Assembly (NCBI GenBank): GCA_000004695.1
Contig: CM000153.2
Location: forward strand, 448,001-512,000
From: Dictyostelium discoideum
Lineage: Eukaryota
Reading direction: 5' to 3'
Length of the DNA: 64,000 bases
A program made the position numbers and the translations under genes. Of the stretch, positions 1-17,143 are shown piece by piece; within the stretch, counting starts at the first letter, position 1; every line of letters begins with the position of its first letter. The notes beneath the pieces were generated by a model. It saw only the letters and a list, made by a program, of their open reading frames with translations, had not been told where the DNA came from and made no database searches.

Positions 1-523
1 TTTTACCAGTTTGAGTATCAGCAACTACTATTGAAGGTTTTTGAGGTCTCATTTTTAAATATGGTATTCTCAAGAAAATATTTTTGAGTATTGGATATGG
101 ATGAATTAAATCTATAAACCAATTTCTACCACCAAATATACTAATATAAAGTTTTCCTTCTTTGAAATCAACATCAACACCATCTGGATAGCCTGGTAAA
201 TTATCAATGAAAACTTCAGATTTACCTTTATTTGCACCTTTGATCCAGTATCTAAAAACTTTACATCCAGTGGTTTCACCAATGAAAATACTCTCTTCTT
301 TTGGATCAAATGCAACACCATTTGAATATTTAAAACCATCCATTAAAACTTTAGTTTCCTTTGTATTTGGATTATAAGATAATAATTTACCATGACTAAC
401 AGTGGTAACTAATGTATACATTGATGGTATTAAAGTATTCCAATCACCAGTATTATCTAAAATTGGCGCAATACTTGTACTATCTGTAAAATAAATCATA
501 TCATCATTTCCAACAATTACATC
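1..523 (-). CDS. strictosidine synthase-like / APMAP-like protein, exon 2 (3' part of gene runs off the window start)
   Basis: Minus-strand frame reads DVIVGNDDMIYFTDS...GKLLSYNPNTKETKVLMDGFKYSNGVAFDP...NLPGYPDGVD...PYLKMRPQKPSIVVADTQTGK, open to position 1; strong similarity to the APMAP/strictosidine synthase family (IYFTDS, GRPLGI motifs). Acceptor AG at 524-525 (minus). Confidence 0.7.
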
Positions 524-604
524 CTTTTTTTTAAAAAAAAAAATAATAAATATTTAATTAATAATTTTTATTTATATATATAAATTTATTAAAAACACAC
601 TTAC

Positions 605-1138
605 ATTTACAAAATTTAATTTTGAATGAGTTTTATTTGAATTTAAAAATGATGAAGTTAAAATTGAAAGTTGATTAGATTTAATATCAAATTTTAATAA
701 ACCTTTGACGGAATCTGCTATAACTAAATTATCATCATTATCCATTGTTATACCTAAAGGACGACCACAAGTTAAAACGTATTCGGTTTTTGTTGGTAAT
801 GCTTGATCTAATAATTTTCTTGGAACTGGTAAAAAGGGTGCTGATAATGAATGAATATTACCAGTTTTTAAAGCGAAATAAACCTTTTTACCATCTTTTG
901 AAACTGCAATTGATTCTGGTCCTTCAACATCTAATTTAACATATTCGGCATCATTTAGATAAAATTCTGAAACTGTTTTATATTGGTCACTTGCATTAGT
1001 TAAATCAGGTTGGGGTGAATATGATTGTGGTTCTAAATCAATTTGATATCTTAAAAAAAAAATTGAATATGATGGTAATAATGCAATATATGTTAATAAT
1101 ATAAATATAATTATTACTAATATATTATTTTGTGTCAT
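605..1138 (-). CDS. strictosidine synthase-like / APMAP-like protein, exon 1
   Basis: ATG at 1136-1138 (minus) followed by an N-terminal hydrophobic anchor (ILVIIIFILLTYIALL). GTAAGT donor at 599-604 (minus); an alternative GTAAAT donor 6 nt upstream would end the exon at 611. Phase 0 with an 81-nt intron. Confidence 0.65.
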
Positions 1139-1360
1139 TTTTTTTTTTATAATTTTTTATTTATTTATTTGAATATATAAAAAATTAATATTTGTTTAAA
1201 AAAAAAAGAAAAAATAAAAAATAAAAAAAAAATAAAAAAACTGTTGGATTAAAAAAAATTAAAAAAAAAAAATAATTTATATTTAATAATTCATAATTAA
1301 AAAAAAAAAAAAAAAAAAGGATAAAAGAACGAATTGGGTGTTTTTTTTTTTTTTCAAAAA

Positions 1361-1525
1361 ATTATAATTCTTCTTATTATCGTCATAATAATTCCAATTG
1401 GGGTTAATGAATAACAAAATAAAAAATTTCAGATTTCAATATTAAAAAATAATATTAATAAAAAAGAATATTTTTTTTTTAATTCCAATTGGAATTATTA
1501 TGACGATAATAAGAATAATTATAAT
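1361..1525. repeat. 41-bp inverted repeat (arms 1361-1401 and 1485-1525, 1 mismatch) with an 83-bp spacer; the right arm contains the perfect 16-bp palindrome AATTCCAATTGGAATT
   Basis: Reverse complement of 1485-1525 is attataattattcttattatcgtcataataattccaattgg; 1361-1401 is attataattcttcttattatcgtcataataattccaattgg. It lies in the divergent intergenic region between the STR-like gene start (1138) and the ACOX start (1907). Confidence 0.8.
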
Positions 1526-1906
1526 GAAAAGTTCTGTCATAAAGAGTTTTTTAATTTTTTAAAAAGTCTAATTTTTGAACTTCATTGAAAAATAAAAAAA
1601 AAAAAAAAATAAAAAAGTAATTTGTGGTTTAAAATTTATCATTATTTGATTAAATTATTTATTTTTTTTTACTATTTTTTTTTTAATTTAAATTTATAAA
1701 AGGGCAAATCTAGCATCATTTTTAACATCACAAATAATATCTTGATTTTTTTTTGAAATTTCTTTTTTTGAAAATAAAATTTTATTTTTTTATTTTTTTT
1801 TTTATTTTTTTATTTTTTAATTTCATTTTTTTTTTATTTTTTTGTTTTTTTTTTTATTATTAAAAAAATATTCACACATTATTTTTTAATTTATTTTATT
1901 TTTAAA

Positions 1907-1939
1907 ATGGATAAAGCAACATTAAGAAGAATAGATAAT
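1907..1939 (+). CDS. acyl-CoA oxidase, exon 1 (MDKATLRRIDN)
   Basis: ATG at 1907 with a GTAAAT donor at 1940 and an AAAAAG acceptor ending at 2067. Joining it extends the ACOX N-terminus in frame; LRR..D matches animal ACOX1 (MNPDLRRERD). Without this exon the downstream ORF has no Met before the conserved ILDG motif. Confidence 0.55.
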
Positions 1940-1994
1940 GTAAATATATAATAATGAATAAATAAAAATAAATAAAAAAATATTAATTTAATTT

Positions 1995-2037
<43 letters not shown>

Positions 2038-2067
2038 TATTATTATTATTTAAATAATAATAAAAAG

Positions 2068-4098
2068 ACATTAAAACATTTAACAAAAGTATCAGATATT
2101 GAAAGTTTACATAAATCAACATTAAAAGATGAAATACCAAATGTAAAATTATTAAGATCAATATTAGATGGTGAATTTCATTTTGATCGTGATAGATTAA
2201 GAGAATTATTTCAAAGTTCAAATACATTTAATGAAAGATTTTTAATGGAACCATTATCAACTGATGAACATCGTGAACAAACGCTACAAGCATGTTTAGA
2301 GATTATTCAATTACAATTGGTCCAATTGAATGATATGGAAAAGAATCCAAAGAAATTTCTATCATGGTTTGAATCGATATCAATGTGTGATCCATCAGTA
2401 TCATTGAAATTTGCAGTTCAATATAATTTATGGGGTGGTACAATTCTATTCTTGGGTACAAAGAAACATCATGATAAATATCTTTCAGATATTGCCACTG
2501 GTAAATTACTTGGTGTTTTCGGTCTAACAGAATTAGGTCATGGTAGTAATGTAAATGGTTTAGAAACAACTGCAACCTATGATAGAAATACTCAAGAGTT
2601 TATTATAAATTCACCAACTTGGGAATCTCAAAAATATTGGCCTGGTAATATTAGTAAACATGGTAAAATGGCAACTATTTTTGCACGTTTATTAATAAAT
2701 GATAATGATATTGGTAGTGGTAGTGGTAGTGGTGATAGTGGTATTAAAAAAGATATGGGTATACATGCATTTGTTGTACAAATTAGAAGTGAATCAACAA
2801 GTAATAATAAATATGGTGAATTATTACCAGGTGTAACAGTTAGGGATATAAGTTTAAAGAATTGTTATAATGGTATTGATAATGGTGGTTTATCATTCAA
2901 TAATGTTAGAATTCCAAGAGAGAATATGTTGGATAGATTTAGTAGAGTTGACGCTAATGGTAAATATCATTGTGATCTTCCAAGTAATCGTCATTTCGCA
3001 ATGACTATGAGTGTATTTTTCATTGGTAGATTATGTTTATCATTAAATGCGCTATCATTTATGAAATCAGGTTTATCAATTGCCATTGGTTATTCAATCA
3101 ATCGTCACCAATTTAGTACAACTACCAAGTCAAGACAAGAGATACCAATATTAGTCTATAGTACAACCCAATTACGTTTAATACCATACATTGCAAGAGC
3201 ATATGCATTGGATTTAGCTCATAAAATGATTGCTGATCTATTGGGTAATTCAACGATTTCTAAAGAAGTGATTCATAGTTATAGTAGTGGTTTTAAGGCG
3301 ATTACAAGTTGGACATCGGTAGAATCATTACAATTGGCACGTGAGGTTTTAGGTGGTCAAGGTCTTAGATTATGTAATCGTATACCAATGTTATTGAATC
3401 ATGCTGATTTGATTACCACTGGTGAGGGTGATAATACAGTACTTTGTCAGCAGGTTACCAAATTCCTATTGGCCAAATATCATGCAACCATTAAATCAGC
3501 AGAACCTTCCAATTTCAAAGGTGAACTATCCTATATCAATCATCTCACTTCTCAACCACCAACCACCTCTTTATTGGGTGGAAATGGAGGTACTGATAAT
3601 TCATCGGTAGAGTTGAATTCAATAGCTTTCCATCAATGGTTATTGGAGAAGAGAGAATACATTTTAATTAAAACTTTACATTCTCGTCTCTATGGTAGAA
3701 TGGATGATGAACTAATTGAACCAAATACAGAACGTTGGTTCTCCAATTGGAATCAATCATTACCACTTTGTAAAATGATCACCAAAGCAAATGTTGATCG
3801 TTTAACTCAATCTTTCTTTTTACATAAAATCAATCAGCTAGCTTCCACTTTTGGTTCAACCGATACAAATACAATCACAATGTTAAAGAATCTTTGTCGT
3901 TTAGATACTTTATTTCAAATTCAAAAGGATTTAGGTTTCTTTATTAATAATGGTCTTTTAATTGGTGAAAGTAAATGGATTCAACTTCAAGATGAAATCA
4001 CTCATTTATCACGTGATATCTCACCACATTCCCATTTATTAACTGAAGCATTTGCTATACCAAATAAATTTAATCCACTTCAAAATTCAATTGAATAA
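2068..4098 (+). CDS. peroxisomal acyl-CoA oxidase (ACOX family), exon 2
   Basis: 677 codons with ILDGEFHFDRDRLRELF, GLTELGHGSNVNGLETTATYD, WWPGN-like and LGGQG-type motifs; ends NSIE-stop with no SKL-type PTS1. Contains a (GS)n insertion (DIGSGSGSGDSG). Confidence 0.9.
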   Translation, partial: TLKHLTKVSDIESLHKSTLKDEIPNVKLLRSILDGEFHFDRDRLRELFQSSNTFNERFLMEPLSTDEHREQTLQACLEIIQLQLVQLNDMEKNPKKFLSWFESISMCDPSVSLKFAVQYNLWGGTILFLGTKKHHDKYLSDIATGKLLGVFGLTELGHGSNVNGLETTATYDRNTQEFIINSPTWESQKYWPGNISKHGKMATIFARLLINDNDIGSGSGSGDSGIKKDMGIHAFVVQIRSESTSNNKYGELLPGVTVRDISLKNCYNGIDNGGLSFNNVRIPRENMLDRFSRVDANGKYHCDLPSNRHFAMTMSVFFIGRLCLSLNALSFMKSGLSIAIGYSINRHQFSTTTKSRQEIPILVYSTTQLRLIPYIARAYALDLAHKMIADLLGNSTISKEVIHSYSSGFKAITSWTSVESLQLAREVLGGQGLRLCNRIPMLLNHADLITTGEGDNTVLCQQVTKFLLAKYHATIKSAEPSNFKGELSYINHLTSQPPTTSLLGGNGGTDNSSVELNSIAFHQWLLEKREYILIKTLHSRLYGRMDDELIEPNTERWFSNWNQSLPLCKMITKANVDRLTQSFFLHKINQLASTFGSTDTNTITMLKNLCRLDTLFQIQKDLGFFINNGLLIGESKWIQLQDEITHLSRDISPHSHLLTEAFAIPNKFNPLQNSIE

Positions 4099-4145
4099 AT
4101 TATAAAAAATAATTAAAAAATAAATTAAAAAATAATTATAATATA

Positions 4146-4270
4146 AATTGTCAAAAAATTGATAATTATTAATTTTCAATATTTTTTAATTTTTATTATT
4201 TTCTAATTTTTGACAATTTTTATTAATTTCCAGTTTTAGAAAATTTTTATTAAAAAATTGTCAAATATTT
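4146..4270. promoter_or_regulatory. cluster of three AAATTGTCAAA(A/T)A motifs (two direct, one inverted) plus a duplicated CAATTAAATAAAAATAAATAAATAAAAAAAA block (4272-4374)
   Basis: aaattgtcaaaaaatt at 4146-4161; aatttttgacaatttt at 4205-4220 (reverse-complement copy); aaaaaattgtcaaatatt at 4253-4270. Lies between the ACOX stop and the BTB gene. Confidence 0.25.
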
Positions 4271-4467
4271 ACAATTAAATAAAAATAAATAAATAAAAAA
4301 AAATTAATAATATTGGAAATTAATAAAAATTGCCAAGAATTTAAAATTAAATAAAAATAAATAAATAAAAAAAATTTTAAATTTTAAAAATTAATATTGG
4401 TAAAAAAAAAAAAAAAAAAAACAATAAAAAAATAAAATAATAAAAATAATAAAAATAATAAATATAA

Positions 4468-4502
<35 letters not shown>

Positions 4503-4685
4503 TAATAAATATAAAATGTTTGAAAAAATGAATCAGGGAAGTGGGAGATTTTAATTATATTAATGATTATGTGGAAAAACGAAAAATAGTTTTTGAGAAA
4601 AAAAAAAAAAATAAAATAAAAAAATAAAATTAAATAAAAAAAATATTTTTCAAAAAAAAACAATTCAAAAAAAAAAAAAAAAACT

Positions 4686-4773
4686 AAATCAAAAGGCGAT
4701 TGAAAGGTTGATAAAAAAAAAACACAAAAAAACACAAAAAAAAAACAATTGTGGTGTGTTGTGTGTTGTGTTT
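4686..4773 (+). promoter_or_regulatory. CA-rich block (acacaaaaaaacacaaaaaa) followed by a G/T-rich G-box-like block (gtggtgtgttgtgtgttgtgttt), about 320 bp upstream of the BTB gene ATG
   Basis: Resembles Dictyostelium C/A-rich elements and G-box (GBF) sites; the call rests on sequence pattern only. Confidence 0.25.
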
Positions 4774-5095
4774 AAAGTATTTTTATTGTATAAATAAATT
4801 ATTTAAAAATAACAAAAATAACAACAACAAACAAAAAAAAAAACAATTCTTCACACACCCTATATTTATTTTTTTTTTTTTTTTTTTTTTAATTATTATT
4901 TTTTATTTTATTTTATTTTATTTTTTATTTTTTATTTTTTTAAATTAAAATTTAATTTGTTTGTTTTTATTTTTTATTTTTTATTTTTTATTTTTTATTT
5001 TTTATTTTTTATTTTTTATTTTTTTATACAAAAACAAAATTGTAATAATAAATAATAATAAATAATAAATAATTTTATAAAAATTAAATTAATAA

Positions 5096-7261
<2,166 letters not shown>

Positions 7262-7359
7262 GTATGTATTTTTTGTTTTTGTTTGTTTTTTTATATATAA
7301 AATAAAATAAAATAAAATAAAATATAGTTTATTAATTTATTTATTTATTTTTATTAAAG

Positions 7360-7785
7360 ATAACATCATCAAGTATTGACAAAGGAAATTTATATGATAT
7401 TGTTGAATTAACACCAAATGCATTTTGGACAAAAGATGTACCAGCTAGTTGGGTAATGATTGATTTGGGACCAAATAGAACGGTGGTACCAATGTATTAT
7501 ACTATTAGACATGGTTTATCGTATAAATCGGATTCTTTAAGAACTTGGGATTTCCAAGGTTCAACCAATGGCGAACAATGGACTGTCTTGAAAAGGCATA
7601 CAAATGATCCATCACTAAATTATAAATATGCAACTCATTCTTGGCCTGTAACAGGTTGTGAAACTGCTTTTCGTTATTTTAGAATCTTACAAACTGGAAA
7701 GAATTCAAATAATAGAAACTTTTTAGTAATTGGTGGACTTGAAATTTATGGTGAACTTTGTGAAACAAATCCAAATCCTAATTAA
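7360..7785 (+). CDS. BTB protein exon 2: F5/8 type C (discoidin) domain
   Basis: Acceptor TTAAAG at 7354-7359, phase 0. Translates ITSSSIDKGNLYDIVELTPNAFWTKDVPASWVMIDLGPNRTVVPMYYTIRHG...LRTWDFQGSTNGEQWTVL...FRYFRILQTGKNSNNRNFLVIGGLEIYGEL, a typical discoidin-domain signature. Stop at 7783-7785. Confidence 0.8.
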   Translation: MTSSSIDKGNLYDIVELTPNAFWTKDVPASWVMIDLGPNRTVVPMYYTIRHGLSYKSDSLRTWDFQGSTNGEQWTVLKRHTNDPSLNYKYATHSWPVTGCETAFRYFRILQTGKNSNNRNFLVIGGLEIYGELCETNPNPN

Positions 7786-8146
7786 AAAAATAAAAATAAA
7801 AATAAAAAAAAAAAAAAAAGGTAATAATTAATATGAATTCATATAAAATAAATAAATAAATAAATACATTTAAATGGAAATGGGTTAAGATAAAAAAAAA
7901 ATAATAACTGAATTCCAGAAAATATTTTTTTTTTTTTTCTTTTTGAAGTTCGAGACTGGGGTGGAGTATTTTTCGTATAAAAAAAAAAAGCTGTGAGAAA
8001 AATTTGAAAAAAAAAAAAATTAAAAAATAATAAAAAAAAAAAAAAAAAAAATTGAAATTTTTTTTTTTTTTTTTATTTTTTTTTTTTATTTTTTTTTTTT
8101 TTATTTTTTGTGATTTCATTCATTATTACAACAACTCCATACAAAA

Positions 8147-8176
8147 ATGTTAGCTCGTTTCTCAAGAACTGCAATT
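8147..8176 (+). CDS. ATP synthase OSCP subunit, exon 1 (mitochondrial presequence MLARFSRTAI)
   Basis: ATG at 8147 with a GTAAGT donor at 8177. Splicing to 8664 gives MLARFSRTAIKSGRYFSTSAKN, a classic matrix-targeting presequence (compare the RCFSTS box in animal OSCP). Confidence 0.55.
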
Positions 8177-8478
8177 GTAAGTTTGTAACAAAAACAAACA
8201 AATGAAGAGATTGGGAGGGGGTTTATATGATATATATTATGGATTTAGGTTTTAGGTGAAAAAAAAAAAAAAAAATTCAACCAAACATATTTTATTATAT
8301 TTTATTTCAACTAAATAAAAATAATAAAAAAGAACAGAAAACAATTCAATAAAAAGAAAAGAACAACAATTTCGATTTTGCAACTGATCAATTAAAATAA
8401 AAATAAAAAAATAAAAATAAAAAAAAATAATAATTAACACTTGGTGTGTTGGTGATCATCTACTTTTTTTTTAGTGGG

Positions 8479-8526
<48 letters not shown>

Positions 8527-8634
8527 CCTTTTTCAAGTCAACGTCAAGAAAATAATCAGACACATAAACATATATCCCCCTTTCTCTCTTTTTTTCATTT
8601 TTTATTTTATTATCAATACTAATTTTTAATATGG

Positions 8635-8663
<29 letters not shown>

Positions 8664-8665
<2 letters not shown>

Positions 8666-9105
8666 AAGTGGTAGATATTTCTCCACCTCAGCAAAGAACA
8701 CTGCACCAGTTTCAGAGGCTGAAGAAATTGAAATTTTAAAAGCTGTCGAAGCACCACAATTCAAAGATGCAGTCAAGAAAACAAGACAACAATACCAAGA
8801 TATGATTTCCAAATTAACAAATGATGAAAGTGGTAAATCAATCACTCAATCAACTGGTCTCAGACCAACCATCAACATTAGCACTCCATCAGGTAAAATT
8901 GCTCACGCCCTTTTTGATGCTGCTTCATCCATGAGATCAGTTGGTATTGTTGCAAAGGAACTCACTCAAGTTAAAACTATCATTGATAAAACTCCAGGTC
9001 TCAAAACCGCTTTAGAAGGTGATATTGATAACTCTGAAAAAACTGTCATGCTCGAATTATTACAAGGTTCTGTCACTTTATCACCAGTTTCTGGCTTTTT
9101 CTTAT
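8664..9105 (+). CDS. ATP synthase OSCP (ATP5O/Atp5-like) subunit, exon 2
   Basis: TTTTAG acceptor at 8658-8663. GKIAHALFDAASS aligns with OSCP GRYATALYSAASK. Ends phase 1 at a GTATGT donor at 9106. Confidence 0.75.
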
Positions 9106-9222
9106 GTATGTTTAATTAATATTATTAATTAATAATCATAATAATATAATCATAATAATATTTAAATGAGAATACTAATGTTTTTTTTTTTTTTTTTTTT
9201 TTTTTATTATTTATTATTTTAG

Positions 9223-9641
9223 ACTACATGACTTATGAAAATAACTTTAAATTAATTAACCCAGCTTTAACTGATTTCAAACGTTTAGTTGGTTCATTAG
9301 ATACTGAAATGTCAATCAAATTAACTGTTGCTCATCAATACAGTGAAGCAGAGAAAAAAGATTTGGAAACCAATGTCAAATCTTTCTTCCCACCAGAGAC
9401 TCAATTCAAATTCAGTTATAATGTCGACCCAGAGATCCAAAAAGGTTACATTATTGAATCACCATTCATCAATCATGATGCTTCATACTCAACTGCCGTC
9501 AAAAAAGTTAAGGCTCAAGAACAATCAGTCCTTGCTGAATTCTTAAATGATATTAAAAATGGTATCAAAAATCAAACTGCCGTTTGGGAAACTAAAGAAT
9601 TTAGAGATAAATACTTAACTCTTGATGAATCAAAGAATTAA
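9223..9641 (+). CDS. ATP synthase OSCP subunit, exon 3
   Basis: TTTTAG acceptor at 9217-9222. LTVAHQYSEAEKKDLETNVKSFF...FKFSYNVDPEIQKGYIIESP matches the OSCP C-terminal domain (VTSA.PL...LK.FL...LKLE.K.DP.I.GG.IV.IG). Stop at 9639-9641. Confidence 0.8.
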
Positions 9642-9655
9642 ATTAAATCAAATTA

Positions 9656-9691
<36 letters not shown>

Positions 9692-10536
9692 TAATATCGC
9701 CTATTTTCCTCTAACTTTAAAATCTCAAAAAAAAAAAAAAAAAAGTAATATATAATATAAATAATTTTTTTTCCTGAAAAAAAAAAAAAAAAAAAAAATT
9801 CCATCATTAATTTAATTAGTAATAATTGTATTTCATTCATTGATTAAAAAAAAAAAAAAAAAAAATATAAATAAAAATAATAATAAAAAAAAAAAAAAAA
9901 AAAAAAAAAACTATCCAATCCTTTTTTTTGGGACCAGTAAACCAGAAATTTTTTTTGTTTTTTTATTTTTGTTTTTTTATTTTGTTTTTTTTATTTTTAT
10001 TTTTTTTTTTTTATTTTTTTTTTTTTTTCTTTATTATATATATTTTTCCCTTTCTTTTTTATTTTCATAATAATATATTATTTATTATTATTATTATTAT
10101 TTTGGGGTAAAAAAAAAAAAAAAAAAAGAAATATTAAAAAAACAAAATAATTTTTATAATTTTTTTTTTTTATTTTTTTATTTTTTTTTTAGTCGACACC
10201 ACCCACAAATATTCAGATATTTAAATGTTGTAATACAATAAAGTATAATAATATAGACATAATTCAATTTTTTATTTTAATTTTTTTATAAAAAAAAAAA
10301 CAAAAATAAAACAATAGTATTTTTAAACAAATAATAATAAGCCAAAAAAAAAAAAATAAAAAAATAAAAAAATAAAAAATAAACAAAAAAAAAAAACAAT
10401 TAAAAAAAAAAACAGTTTCATATTAAATTTTTAAACAAAAAAAAAAAAAAATAGATAAATTAAAAAAAACAAAAAAATAAAAAAATAAAAAAATAAATTA
10501 ATAAAAAATATTATTAAACAAAAAAAAAAAATTAAA

Positions 10537-14904
<4,368 letters not shown>

Positions 14905-14915
14905 TTTCCCATAAA

Positions 14916-14950
<35 letters not shown>

Positions 14951-15264
14951 AGATCTAATTTTCTGTTTTTATTTTTAAAAAGAACAAAACAAAAATTTTA
15001 TTTTTATTTGAAGTTCAAAATGTCATATCCATTTATAGTTTTTTTTTTTTTTTATTATTTTTTTTATTTCTTATAGATTTGTTAAAAAAGGAAATTATTA
15101 ATTTTTTATTTTTATTATTTTTTTTTTTAATTATTATAAATATAAAATAAAATTTTTAGTAGTTTTTTTTTTACTTTTTATTTTTATATATTTTTTTTTT
15201 TTTTTTTTTTAATTATTTATTTTATTACTTCTTTAAAAAATAGAAAAATAAAATAAAATAAAAA

Positions 15265-16749
15265 ATGAATAATAGAAATATTAAATTTGTTTTTTTATTA
15301 TTACTTTTACTTATGTTTTTTGTGATTTTCAATTCACCAATATCAAGAAATATTAATAATAAATATAAATTTAAAGAAGAAATTATAGAAGATGATAATA
15401 ATAATAATAATAAAAATGAAGATAATAAAATAAATAATAATGATAATGAAAATAATAATAATAATAAAAAAGATAATTTTATTAAAAAGAATTTTTTTGG
15501 TAATAATTATATAATAAATAAACAAGGTAAAAAAATTAAAATTTCAGATGAAAAAGTATTAAAAGAATATCCATTTCCATTGATTGATTTGAAAACTCGT
15601 TATAATACTTATTTCTTTGAACCAATGACATCAATGTATAAGAAATTTCCAGATGTTGGTAAAAGAGTTCATTATTGTAAAGATTTGAATAATCCAAATG
15701 GTGATAATGTTACAGTTACCTTTCAATCAATGTATCCATCACATGAACCAACTTTACAAATTTATTTCAATCATTATTTCGATTTCCCACCTGAGGAGAT
15801 ACCATCATCACCTCCATCATCAACAATTCCAAGAGTTTTACATTCATTAGAACCACCCTATCAAAGATTTTGTACTATTTATGAACATTGTTCAAATAAA
15901 TTCAATTGGTCAATCTCTTATGAACGTACTGCAGATATACGTACTGGTCATTGTGATGATGAAGAAATTTTTCAAATTTTACCTTGGGAATTGGATACGT
16001 TTGTAATGGAGAATAAAACAAAATTTGCAAGAGAATTTAATAATAGAAATAAAAATTTAGAAATTAATAATATCAATAGCAACAGTAGTAGTAATGTGCA
16101 ACAACAACAACAACATCTTGATCATCATCCATTGGCAAGTTGGTTTTGTTCAAAATGTAATATTCATTTAATTAGTAATAGATTCGAATATGTTAGAGAA
16201 ATGATGAAGTATATTAATATTGATTCCTATGGTAGTTGTTTAAATAATGTCAAGCAAACTGAAAAAACTGGAAGATTTGCAAGTGATGCAATGGATGTTA
16301 AACAATCTTTTATTAGTAATTATAAATTTTATTTAGCATTTGAAAGTTGTAATTGTTTAGATTATACAACAGAAAAGGCATTACATGCATTAAAGGTTGG
16401 TACAGTACCAGTGGTTATGGCTCATCCCCAAACTTTAAAATACTTACCAGAGGGTTCATTCATTTACACTGGCGATTTCAACTCTGTAAAGGATTTAACA
16501 AACTATTTAAAATATTTGGATACAAACACTGAAGAATATTTAAAATATTTCAATTGGCGTTTCAATCAATCAATCATTGAAAAATGGAGAACTATTAATG
16601 ATTATCCTTTTAGACCAAATAGTAGAAATTGGGTTTGTCCATTATTTCATCATTATCAAAATTGGAAAAATGGTAAAATTCATTCTCAAACTTTGCATTC
16701 AACTCCATACAATGATTTATGTTTACCACCAAATATAATTAAAATTTAA
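15265..16749 (+). CDS. alpha-1,3-fucosyltransferase (glycosyltransferase family 10), type II membrane protein
   Basis: ATG at 15265; N-terminal TM segment FVFLLLLLLMFFVIF; the GT10 signature YKFYLAFESCNCLDYTTEK (consensus FYLAFENS..DYVTEK). Confidence 0.85.
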   Translation: MNNRNIKFVFLLLLLLMFFVIFNSPISRNINNKYKFKEEIIEDDNNNNNKNEDNKINNNDNENNNNNKKDNFIKKNFFGNNYIINKQGKKIKISDEKVLKEYPFPLIDLKTRYNTYFFEPMTSMYKKFPDVGKRVHYCKDLNNPNGDNVTVTFQSMYPSHEPTLQIYFNHYFDFPPEEIPSSPPSSTIPRVLHSLEPPYQRFCTIYEHCSNKFNWSISYERTADIRTGHCDDEEIFQILPWELDTFVMENKTKFAREFNNRNKNLEINNINSNSSSNVQQQQQHLDHHPLASWFCSKCNIHLISNRFEYVREMMKYINIDSYGSCLNNVKQTEKTGRFASDAMDVKQSFISNYKFYLAFESCNCLDYTTEKALHALKVGTVPVVMAHPQTLKYLPEGSFIYTGDFNSVKDLTNYLKYLDTNTEEYLKYFNWRFNQSIIEKWRTINDYPFRPNSRNWVCPLFHHYQNWKNGKIHSQTLHSTPYNDLCLPPNIIKI

Positions 16750-17143
16750 AAAAAAATATAATAAAAATAAAATAAAAAGAAAATATTTTGGTTAATTATT
16801 TTTTTGGATGGATGAATGGTGGTTTGGGAATTAAAAATGATAATTTTCATATAAAATTTTTTTTTTTGTGGGTGATTTTTTTTTTTTTTTTTTGGTGTTT
16901 TTTATTTGAAAAATCTCATTTTGACCATATTTTTTGTGGTTAAACCAAAAGATATTAATTTTTTTTTTTTTTTTTTAATTATTATTTTTTTTTTTTTTAA
17001 AGGATTGGTGTTTGTTTTTTTTTTTTTTTTTTTTTTTTTGTTTGTTGTTTTTAATAAGAAAAAATAGGTAAAATATTAAAAAAAAAAAAAAAAAAAAAAA
17101 TTAAATATATAATAATATTTAAATAAAATAAAATAAAATTATA

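Noticed and set aside
4391-4948. ORFs at 4391-4735, 4751-4948, 7778-8119, 8252-8440, 9840-10110 and 43116-43442 in intergenic DNA
   Set aside because: They are homopolymer or AT-repeat translations (poly-F, poly-K, poly-Y) with no codon structure or homology.
7930-7975. GTTCGAGACTGGGGTGGAG, examined as a possible tRNA T-arm/box-B
   Set aside because: No acceptor-stem or anticodon-stem pairing or D-arm could be built around it, so the cloverleaf cannot be supported.
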